Part shown: piece by piece, positions 24,067-35,374 of the stretch
Layout: each line of letters begins with the position of its first letter
Numbering within the stretch: the stretch's first letter is position 1
Assembly (NCBI RefSeq): GCF_002105155.1
Contig: NW_019028982.1
Location: 1,302,001 to 1,354,255, forward strand
Origin: Lobosporangium transversale
Taxonomy: Eukaryota
Direction: 5' to 3'
DNA length: 52,255 bases
Notes under the pieces: generated by a model
Database searches by the model: none
The model's input: the letters and a program-made list of their open reading frames with translations, nothing else
What the model was told of the DNA's origin: nothing
Position numbers and translations under genes: made by a program

Positions 24067-25507
24067 GGGGGGGGGGGACCAGATCGGTGGATGCCACAGG
24101 TTCCAGCAAGTGGACATTATGCTCCTGTGCAGGATTTGACATGGGACCCAACGCAATCGTATCTTGTGACAGTCTCACTTGACCAAACCGCACGTTTATT
24201 CTCCCCTTGGACACATACTATCAGCAAAGGCAACGGTAACAATGATAGCTCCGTGACTGAAACAACCGTCTCAACATGGCATGAGATCGCGCGTCCACAG
24301 ATTCATGGATATGATGTTCAGTGCATCGCTTTCTCCTCCAAATACACATTCATCAGCGGCTCAGACGAAAAAGTGCTCCGTGTCTTTGATGCGCCTCAGA
24401 CATTTGTCCGATCTCTGGCTTACTTGACTGCTAACGACTCTTTGCTGGGAGACGAAAGCTCGCGCCCTGTGGGGGCCAACTTACCTGCATTAGGTCTTTC
24501 CAACAAAGCTGTATTTGAGAATGATATTGCATCGATGGTGGAGGCTCAAGAATCTGAAGAGTATCTGTCACAGCAATCATTTGTCTCCACAGGCGCCACA
24601 CCCACAAGCTTAGTCGAGACCATGACTCACCCACCATTTGAGGAACATTTATTGCAACATACATTGTGGCCAGAGGTCGAGAAATTGTTTGGACATGGAT
24701 ATGAGTTAATGTGTGTGGATGCTTCACATGATGGAGAATGGATTGCATCTGCTTGTAAGGCTCATACACCTGATCAAGCGGGCGTTCGGTTATTTAATGC
24801 CAAGACTTGGAAGCAAACCCCACATCCACTGCAGTCTCATACCCTCACAGTGACTAAAGTCAAATTTTCACATAGTGACAAATATCTTCTGAGTATTTCC
24901 AGAGATCGTTTGTGGAGCTTATTTGAACGAGTTGAAGATTCTGATGGTGAGCCAGTCTTTATTTATTTTTATTTATTTATTCTATTTTTAAAGAAAGCAT
25001 TGGGTGTCACTTACCAATTTCAATCAATGCCCTTTTTTTTATGTTTGAATGTGCACTCAAAGCTTCAGATCCGTACAAGCTTGTGGCAAGTAATAAGGCG
25101 CACGCTCGTATTCTATGGGATTGTTCTTGGTCCTATGATGATTCTTTGTTCGCAACAGGTTCGCGTGATAAAACAATTAAGATCTGGTCAAAGACTGCTC
25201 AGGTGACGCCTGTATGGAATTGCATTGCGACGATAAAATTGCCTGAAGCTGTCACCGCCGTCGAGTTTGCACCCAAGATCCCTGCTGAAAATGGCGATGT
25301 CGTGAAGTCGAGCGACCATATCCTTGCAGCAGGCCTGGAGGACGGCCGCATCTTCTTATTCAAAGCAACTGCGAGTCAGCCTGAGGCGTGGTCATCATTG
25401 GGTGAGATCAAGCGCGAGTAAGTATTAGAGCCTTTTTATTTTGTTTATTTTATCTTATTGGAACCGAGTCAATATACTTTTTCCGTCCTGAACTAATTCT
25501 ACACGAT

Positions 25508-25544
<37 letters not shown>

Positions 25545-25685
25545 AGGCTCACGCATATTGGTACAGTGAACGGATTGGCGTGGAGACTGGCAACGGACGA
25601 GTCAGCTGGTGTGAAAAACAAGTTGCAATTGGCTAGCTGCAGCGCCGATCATTCTGTCCGCTTATTTAATATTAGGATGCTTTAG
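22093..25685 (+). CDS. ELP2: Elongator complex protein 2 (WD40), multi-exon
   Basis: ATG 22093 (MEVTQEFISIGCNR). Motifs GHDNWVRSLDF, LASGSQDKYIRLW, ALLLGHEDWVY, WHEIARPQIHGYD, GANLPALGLSNKA, TLWPEVEKLFGHGYE and AHARILWDCSW. Stop TAG 25683-25685. Confidence 0.96.
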
Positions 25686-25894
25686 ATTTGTCGAAGAAAA
25701 AGTGAGTAAAAAATAAAATTGTTTTTTGATTATTAATCTGCTTGTTTGATAGCTTTCATATAATGTTACAATATGTTTATACTTGAATCAGAAGGGCAAA
25801 AAAAAAGAAGGTATAAAAAAAAAAAAGACGAGGCGAAGAAAGCCTAGTGATCCTGTAGAAAAGATTAGAAATGAAATGGTAGGTTTTTCTTCTT

Positions 25895-26039
25895 TCAAGG
25901 CTTTTCTTGAGGGATCTGAGTTAAGTCAAAAAATGGATCAAGACAACTCAGCCATGAGCACATTTCGTTGCGGTTTGGCGCTTGCATCATGTATGAGTTG
26001 CTAGATGTGTATATCGCAAAGACGTGCTGCAGCTATAGA

Positions 26040-26070
<31 letters not shown>

Positions 26071-29000
26071 GTTCAGACACTATTCATTTTACAGAGGGTC
26101 AAAAATAATAATAATAATAATAATAGGAGTAAGATATACGTGATAAAGCAGTTGTCGTTACGTTTAACATGATCTCGAGATCGCGCTTGTAGTCGATACG
26201 GACATGGGTAAGATTGATGACACCAAGTTCTTCCGTTTCTGATGAGTTGGTATAGACACTCATATAAGGCCTCCGAATCACAAACCAGCGTTTGATCCAG
26301 TTCTCATCTCTATTCTCAGGATAAAAAAGGTACCCTTTCTTGGATACAATATCGCTTAAAAAAAAAAAAAAAAAAAAAAACTTAGTAACAATTTTATGTT
26401 AAAAGAGAGTGAGTCTCAATGTAAAATAATTATCGAGCATACCTCTTGGTTATCAATTTAACTTCTGACTGTAGTTTTGGTGTTGGGCGAGGTTGCTTGA
26501 TAACAGTCAAGTTGTCAGCGTTCGTTGAAGGAGGGTCCTGACTGATTAATATCTGTGGTATTAAGATTAAACACCCAAGATTAATGTGGATATTTTAAAA
26601 AATAAAAAAATAAAAATAAAAAAAAATTATAGTACAAACGGCTCGAGCAGTTGGTGTCCTTACATCTTGTATTGAAACAGTTTTGAAGCGCCATAGGTCG
26701 ATCACTTTACGCAAAAGCCCCTGTCTGGCTAACTCAGGTGCCTTATCATTGTCCTCTTCCATACAATCATCTTCGGTATGGTTCCCTTTGTCTCTGCACA
26801 GGAATGACTTGTACTGTTTGCTAGTTTCAACTAGTTGAAGCCATTGCCTTGTTTTTTCAACAGCTTCCAATTTACGGATTCCCTTCCTTGTCAAGTTAAA
26901 GTCATTAATAAGCGATACGCCACGAGGTCTCCAAACCCCAGCCAGAAACTCTTCACCTCTCACGTATTTGCTGGCAGTATTCAACCGCCATAGCTCTGAT
27001 GCATTTCTGGCCACAATTGGTCGTAGTGTCAATAGGAACAGTCCACTTGCCTTCTTGAGAACTCGCGTAGTAGAGTGCTGCAGAAACATTGGGACGAATC
27101 TATAGGGTGCATGCGATCCTGCTCGTGCCTCCCGGTCCTGAATCTGAGCTGCAATATCCATACGGAAACAAATAGGCTCCATGCACCTCTCCGCCTCTAC
27201 AAACCAAGTCAGCGTCAGAAGGATACGCGTGTTCGATGTAGTTACCCTGTTCAAAAACAAAGACTCATGCAGAGTACTGTCCCATGAGGCATAAACAATT
27301 AAAACACTAGTGCCATCAGCAAGATATTCGGGCTTTTGTCCAGGGACAATGTTGAGCGAAACGTCTTCTCGAGGAGAGGACTCTGTTATTTTGCCATTAT
27401 TGCCGAGCAATCTCACTCTTCCGATATTAATCTTGGAAACATGGTTCCATGCGAATTGATGACCAGACGTGTGAGATAGTGTCAGTACAATCCGCCGCTG
27501 CAGTCCCTGACGAAGTTGGAAAGCTCCTATATCAACCGTCGATTTAGAGATCACTTGCACAGGCATGTAATCACCTGATGGTGCTAATTCGCATACTTGA
27601 ACGTGAGCAAGGACGTCGTGGTGTTCCTCCATAGTCAATTCATCTTCAGATCGCCGTTCTGATAGTGATGACAAAGAGCCTTCGCAACCCACATGAGGTC
27701 TGCGCCGACTTCGTAGAGAGGGATGTCCATTTACTGCTGGTAACTTGTTTGATGCAGCGGTGGCGCTAGCTTGCGGTTGATGTGTATCCTCCTTATCTTT
27801 ATCCCATTTTTCCCACGCTGCTAATGTAGTTGATGTAGCCTCTCCAAAGAACTCAAAGTTCAAAGATCCACGCAAGAGGATGTCCAAAATTGATGGTGTG
27901 ACAGTTATAGATAATACCTGCGAAAACCCAAAAAAAATCGGACCTTCATCAAAACCGCCTACAGGATCAGTTGCAAACAGCTTGTCCCCTCGAACCAAGC
28001 TTGCTTGGAGGACACCAACATTCTTTCCCACGCTTGCTGCCGCTCCTCCTCCTACTGCTGCTTCTGTAAAGTTAGAAAGTCTGAATTGAGCGTGGATCTG
28101 GGTATATTGCTGTTCAGAGAACCCTTCAACTGTCAGGAGTGAGATTTCAAACAAAAGCTGGTCCCCCACTTTCAACCCGCTGGGTGTATCTAATGAGGTT
28201 GGTTGGTCTTGACATTTGTCGTGCTTCTGGATGCGATTATTTGTCTGCGATTTTAACGGCGGAATCTTCAAACCAACAGGTCTTTCGGTATTATTATAGC
28301 TAAGTGGTGAAATTGCCACCCTTGCATTCCCGACCACTTGTCCTGTGATTCGACAAAGGATTGGAACCACTGACTCCTTGAACTGTATGCTGCATAGGCT
28401 CCGTAATATGACTGAGGCGCTTCCTATGAATGTGAATCGAGGCACTGGCGCTTCATAAAATGGATCCCCCATATTGAAATGCTCCCGGTATTGAGGCCGA
28501 TCAGAAATATTGTAAAGATTCCGCATTCGTTGCAAACGAACTTTGAGCTTTTCAAATGACCAAACGTAGATGACGTTGTGCTTGCTGTCAATGACTCTGA
28601 TGGCAACGCAAGGCCGCTGTGCAATGTGTAGCGATGTATCCTCGTCATTGCTGTATTGAGAGATACCCGCTGTTGACTCCCAATATGAGCCTGGATTCCC
28701 CAAGGGTCCAGCTTCCACTATGGTGAACTGGTAGACAACCTGTTTGGACAACTCGTGACTGATGATGTTGGCTTCTTTGATCAACACTGCGTTAGTCAGG
28801 ATGATTTCCGCCATGTGGATCCTCCGATGCTGCTTCCAAGAAGCCAAAGTTTTATTGATAAGTCTAAGCTCATGATCAGAATACATTGGCAGAATATTCT
28901 CTTTGAGCTTCACCTCATCGAGATGGCTACTCGTCATGCTCATAATTGACATCCGTTTCATCTTCTCCTCATATTGCTGCCGCTGATCTTCCAATCGCGC

Positions 29001-32000
29001 CTTCAAATCCTCCTCAGCTCGTCGCAGCCTCTCTTCCATCTGTGATTTCTCTGCAAGAAGCTCATCTGATTTTGCTTCTGCTGCCGATAGATTTTGAATC
29101 TTGGCTTCGTATTCTATACGTTGTTGTGTCATCTGCTGCACCTCCAGCTCGGCCAACCTTAGCTTCTCTTTTAGAGCTAGTGCTGACGATTCCAGTGGAG
29201 GGATAGGGCTCTCTCGCTCATCTTCAAACAAAGTGTGTTCCCCATGCCATCTCTCGATTGTCGACATCCGTGATGATCTAGATTCCGTATCGTCATCAAC
29301 AGTTGACCCTGGACGACTATCAGAGCGTACACTCTTGCGCATATATCTGACTTTTGCGATGTTTTCAAACAGCAACTCCAAATCATGGTCCTTGAGATGA
29401 TGGATACTGGATTCTGAAAGCATGTGGGCATGAATGACAGCCTCTTTGCGAGCATAATTATAGTCCAAAAATTCTGACATAATTGAGGCAGACGAAATGG
29501 GAGAATCTGGCCGATCTTCTGGCCGATCGTCCTCCATACTATTTGAGTGGGTAGGATGCTGATTCTTCAAGGCGGGAGGTGAGTTTGAACTCGATCCCCC
29601 AGTGTTTAGTTGCTGCTGCTGCTGGTCGCGCTCCTTACGAACCTCTTCCGGATGGTTGAAGCGGAACACATGATGGTCACCCAAAATAACTCTGAACCCT
29701 GAGCGCAGTCTCTTTGGCTTACTAATACGCAACCCATTGACCATTGTCATAGAGGACGTACCGGGGTATAATGTGACAACTGAGTTAATGTTCTCAAAAT
29801 AACAGTGCTGATCATGAATATTGGATCCTGAGAGGCGAATGTCGGCTGGCATTGAAGACTCCAATCGTCCAACGTGAGTCTGTCCAGGTTTTAGTTGGTA
29901 AACAAGGCACTCCGACATGAGTGGATCCTCACTCAAATTCACAAGATGTGGCATCTTTTTAGGGGTGTGTACACCAATATGGCCTTTTTCAACAGAAATT
30001 CCAAGCTCCTCTAAAGTTCGCTCACGCTCCAATTGGATCTCCTGAGTTCTTCTGAGCTTCTCCTCCCATGTCTCGTTTAGCTCCGCCATGATCTTCTCCG
30101 ACGCCTGAACTTCATCCTGTAACTGCTCTCTCGTAAGTGTCCTTGGATTTCCATGGAGATCTACAATGGTCACTAAGGTATTAGAAGGTACCACAGTAGA
30201 TCCTGTCTGTAGTGGATCGTATACACCCAATTTTGACCGTAGCTCCTGCAGTTCCTCCTTTAATTCACGAATTAATTTAGCGTTTGGATCTTCGTTCACG
30301 ATAGCCTTGTTCTTTATCTTCTTGGCCTGATCTGCATAGCGAAGGGTGCTCAATGTCTCATCGTAGTTGATATCTGCTGGTGATAAGGCTGCAATCATCG
30401 CTGTTTTTGAGTTCCCGCCCAAGCAATCCTTCAAAAGCCAAGTCAAAACCTAAATAAAGGCAAACATTGTAATATAAAAATATTATGATTTAGCAAGAGC
30501 ACTAAAGTCACAAAAAAGGAAATGAAAATGAAAAAGATAAAGAAGAAAGAAAGAAAGAAAGAGGGAAGGAGAGGAGAAGGGGAGGAAGAGAGGGAAGTAG
30601 GGAAGAAAGAGGAATGCCTTTGTTTATAACTTACGGAGTCACGATAGGGTATAAACACTTCTGGGGGTTTCTTGGTTCCTTTCTTGGGCACTGAAGCACT
30701 GGAAGCATCCGCCAAGGCCGAAATGACCTTGCCCAGTGTTGTCAATGATTTATTAATGTTTGCTCCCTCTTTAAGACGCGCACCTGTTGCTCCAGTCGAA
30801 TTAGCTCTCTCACTTCCTGCAAGATCCACAAGACTGTAAATCAATATAATTAGAAAATAAAATCATCTTATCTGATCTGCCATTATATGAATTCTAATTT
30901 GCTAGAAGTGTTGTCAAAGTCATACCATATTCGGGAGACTTTTTCTGTTTCTAATTTGGTTTCAATATCGTATCTCTTTTGAGTGAGCAAAACTGTGAAA
31001 ACCGCATGAGATCGACTGGATGTTTCGTTCATATTTGTTGCAGCCACTGTTCGAGCCTAAAATGAAAAGAGCATAGGCAGTTATGGATATAAAGTTGTTT
31101 TCAAAGAAATGTAATATCCGATAAATCTACTATACAAGACGCACCTTATTGCCTTCATCCATTAAGTTCTCGATGTCTTGAAAGGAGGTGACAATAAGTT
31201 TTGATAAATCCTCGACGTACGGGCCCAGGGACGGATGTTCACGTACTTTGAGATTCCCTTTGTTCTTTGGATTTAATAAATCACGAACCCGTTCGCAGTA
31301 AATTTCCATGTACGAGACCTCAACTCGGTAACTCAGTGTAGGATCCTTATTAGCCTCTATCCGCCGAAAGAGTTCATGGCAGGATAAGGGTATAATGCCG
31401 CGATCTTCTCCATATCCCATCTAGATCATAATTTGAGGCGTGATAATCAATGCAGGGAATTAGTTTAATGTCCAAAGCTTTCCCATGTAACAATGATATT
31501 CCAATGTTCTTCCTTTCTCATCATTATTAATTCTGTTTCTCCTGATTGTCCTTCGCAGTCATTTCATGGTAACTCACCATTGAGTATGATTTACCGCTTC
31601 CTGTCTGTCCGTCTTGAAAAAGGATAGAATAAGGTACCAAAGTTAGATACTTGGTATGTTACAGCAGATAAACGAGTGGTATTAAGACACCTTTTATCTC
31701 TTGTCGACTTACATGCTACGATGCAGGTATTGTATCCGCTGAAAGCATGATTTAACAATTCGACGCCCAAATCCTCGTATAACCGTTGTTGTCCTGCGTA
31801 ATTTGAGTCGTTCTTATCAAAAGACCAGTAAGAATGATCAAACGAAAATGATTTCGTAGCGCCCCCACCGCCATCTGGTCCATCTGGCTTAGTGATAGTT
31901 GTCATATTGCCATCCATCCTTATGATGCATTCTGCTTTCCTGCTGATCTCTGTAATAAAAGTTCAAAGCACACAAATATCAGCCAAAGCTAATGACCAGA

Positions 32001-32146
32001 TCTGCATGATACAAGCAGTCTACCAAAGGGAGAAAAAAAAAGAAAAAAAAGCGGATAATGACTAGTTTAAATTGCAAAAAAGACCTACCTCGACTGTTGA
32101 GTGGCCGACAGCGGACTACCACTTTGATGTTACCCCCTTTACTCAT
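25895..32146 (-). CDS. KIF1: Kinesin-3 (Unc104/KIF1-like): motor, FHA, coiled coils, C-terminal PH domain; multi-exon
   Basis: ATG 32146 ([15 protein letters not shown]). P-loop YGQTGSGKS on a 35-nt exon at 31612-31578. Motifs [29 protein letters not shown] and [14 protein letters not shown]+FHA. PH exons (KKGYL...[12 protein letters not shown]). TGA 25897-25895. Confidence 0.95.
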
Positions 32147-34617
32147 AGTGCAAGCAATGTATTAGGGCGAAGCACACTGGATGAATCTAGGGAATTGTAA
32201 TTGCTGTGAGGAAGGAGGTCAACGGCTCGGCCCCACTGCTCCCAATGTCTTTTTCCCCCAAGAAATGGATATATGTGTGTCCTCCAAGTTGTTCAGTACT
32301 ATTTGGCTTCAGCTAATTGTATGACAAGTTCGTCCAATGCTCTTCCTGTTGTAAAAGATGTGTCCTTGTTGGTTTGAATCGGTATTGTGATTTAGCCTTT
32401 AAAGCAAGTGGAGCAGATGATAGAAAAGGGTTAGAAGAGTTGATTTGTTTACAGCAATAAGTGTAAATGTATACAAGTATATAGACTTTATGTCTGTACA
32501 GAACCGAGAATAGAAATGAAATGGAGTAGAACAATGGCGGAAAACGAATGAAGGGCGGAAATTAAAAGCTGTAACAAAAGGGTCGAGAGCGAACCGCAAG
32601 TGCAGAAGATGAGAATGAAAAACAAATATAACAAATGATACAGCGTTGTGAAGAACAAAGAAGTTAATGAGCAAAATGATGGAGGGCAAGGATGGAGCAA
32701 TGAGCATTTCTAACATCTGTTAGACTACCAACAACCCACATGGGTGTTTGGCTTGGTAATGACAGATGTTATCATTCATGATACATGTACACAGTGTTTA
32801 GATACTCCGCCTATTAATTTGAATACAACACATGGTTGCTCAAATGACTATGTGACACAGTCCATTGCATCTTAATTTCCCTCGATCGAACTCAGGCGCT
32901 ATTCTCGTACCTCTTCAGGTTTTGGCTAATTGATTCATAAAACAACTATACATCGTGTCATGGATAGAGCTTAATCCATGATGGCTCCATTTGCAGAGAC
33001 GAGCCAAGGACTAGAATGAAACAGCATAATGGTGCTTATACAAAATCTTCCGAATGTACAATAGCTCATGTGATGTACATGTACCAAGCCAGCCATTATG
33101 GATAGGAGTAAAGGGGTTTTATTGGCTACTCTACGTATCTCACTTCCTCTTACATCATCGTCCCCATCTATGCCATCCCCCACCTCCTACGCATCATCTT
33201 CTACAATGACCAACATGATATGATGAGCAAAAATCATCAGTAAATTCTGACCACTCAGGAATTATTCACGTACCAGCGGCATACCAGGTTATTTTGCAAT
33301 AGGGTACACTGGTACATTAGTGATACCGTTGAAAACCACTGTACCTTACAGACAAGTTGATAAAGCCTGTGAAAAGTACGAATATTCAATTTTAATCATA
33401 GAGAAATGTTTACCTCGATTACTTAAATATAGGTGAAGGATAATCTATGATCATTCAACCTGCCGCTTACGTGTCCAGCCCACATCAAGTTTCATCTGCG
33501 ATGTGTGGTACTGTTTGGCACGCGTAATTATGACCGTTCAACGCGTTCCTTTTGCCTTTTGATAATCTACTTGGCATATCACATGTGCTCCGTACTGAGT
33601 CTATTGACTGAATATCATACGACTATGAACCTTTACACCATAAACTCGTGCAGTATTTTGAGTTCTTTCCGAGTTGAGAACTATTGAATTTCAGAACTAT
33701 TCGCCTTGCGTAGGCAAGATCACTTCCATTCCCCAGCCCTCGTCATTGTTACTTTCTAGCATAAAGCTTCCCTTTCCATACAGAGCAAACAATAATCATG
33801 TTATGCGCTATTAAATATTATTATTATTATATTTCTGTTGCTTCCTTCACTTCTCCTGCGCGACCGTTCCCTCTACTCTTATAAAGCGGCAGGTCAAGGA
33901 CTTCCTCCAATTACCTCTGGTTGCACAACACCTTGCCGGCGCATTACCTTCTCGATCCAGGCCATCAATGCGGACTAATGGTCAGCTTCATGGTGAAGCC
34001 CAGCAGAGCGCAGTCTCTAATACTGAAAACGCCCTAGGAGTTGTAATGTCTGATTGCGCCACCAAGGCACACTTCAAACCTTTAGTTTAATCAATAATGC
34101 TTGCGAGCGATATATAATGTACATGTTCCAGGGCACGGCTGTCACTAATAGTTCATAAAGTAAATAATAATAATGAGAGTAACGTATTTTTTCCACAATA
34201 TATATTTATATACACCTTTTTTTTTATCGATGTTCACCCCACGAAGATTAGGCTTATATGAAATGCACCTTTTACTCCAGTTACAACCGGCCATGAGCCA
34301 GTCTTCATTCATTCAACCGACATCAGCCCCTTTTTCATCAGGGTTTTAATTTGAGTGCTTATAGAGTGTTACCGCAATGACAACTATATATCGCTTTTCC
34401 CATCAGAGTACAGCCGCCTTGAGTATCTTTTAAATGCTGCGAGTTCCTCCCGAAGACGGTCTTTCTTTTTTTGTGCAACAACGCGTGTGAGGCACCACTG
34501 TTTACATACATCTCACATAGAGGTCTTTAACCAATAGGGGCCTCTAGCCTGAAAATGTTCTATTGAAGATAGCTTTCAGCATCTCTTCAGCGTTTGCCAA
34601 AAAAAAAAAAATCTTAC

Positions 34618-35374
34618 CATCTTCGTTTAGACTTTTGATGATGCCAAAGTTAAGTTCACATCCAAGTCTCGGTATATTGTGGTTGTAGTCATTCTTGGAG
34701 ACTATCTCAAGGATTACGAGCTGGGCTCGGATACAGTTTAATGCTTCAAGCTCGGAGAGCGTCATATACAAGACCCATCATATACAAGGGCCAAATATTT
34801 TGTAACTGGTTTCCAAATCATAGTAATGTTATCATACAGATCGCTGTCTCGTATAACGCCAACATTGTTTGCCTTGTAATCTCGGGCTACCTGGAGGCCT
34901 GCCTCAGTGTGGCACATAATCGCATTCCACCCTTTTCACTTCAAGTACTCAACGAGAGCAACTTGTTTTCCCATAGACCAGTAAAAGGCTCGCTTCAAGT
35001 TCTTGGCGACTGCTACAAAGTGGTGTTTCCGTACACGAAGGCTAACCTCTATCCGGCTGTTCAGAGTCTCCATCGCCTTGCATTATTTAAAAAACTTACT
35101 CGTTGACACAAACGGTGATTTGTTGTTTCTTGTTTTTCGGTACAAGGGGCGCCGCCAAAATTAGGAACTAGAGTCTCCTTCGGGCCAAGCTTCAGTATTT
35201 GCTGTTCAACTATTAAATGTACTTTATCCGCTGCATAGGAAGAGTACGTATGGGCGATAAGACCGAAAAAAAGCCCCAATACACCGACATGTGTTGTAGC
35301 GATGCTGGAGGAATGCGGAGAATGAGCTCTTTGCCCTTCTTTTACAGAAAAGGCCAGAGACCATTGATACCCAT
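34618..35374 (-). pseudogene. Decayed XPG/FEN1/Exo1-superfamily PIN + H3TH nuclease gene
   Basis: Manual minus-strand translation across stops and frameshifts: MGINGLWPFL*KKG ... VGVLG ... FGGAPCTEKQETT..R ... YLK*KGW..IMCHTEAG..VA ... IRDSDLY ... IWKP ... LVILEIVSKNDYNHNIPRLGC..NF.IIKSL, followed by a GTAAG donor. Stops at 35344-35342 and 34938-34936; frameshifts near 35290, 35078 and 34770. Confidence 0.8.
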
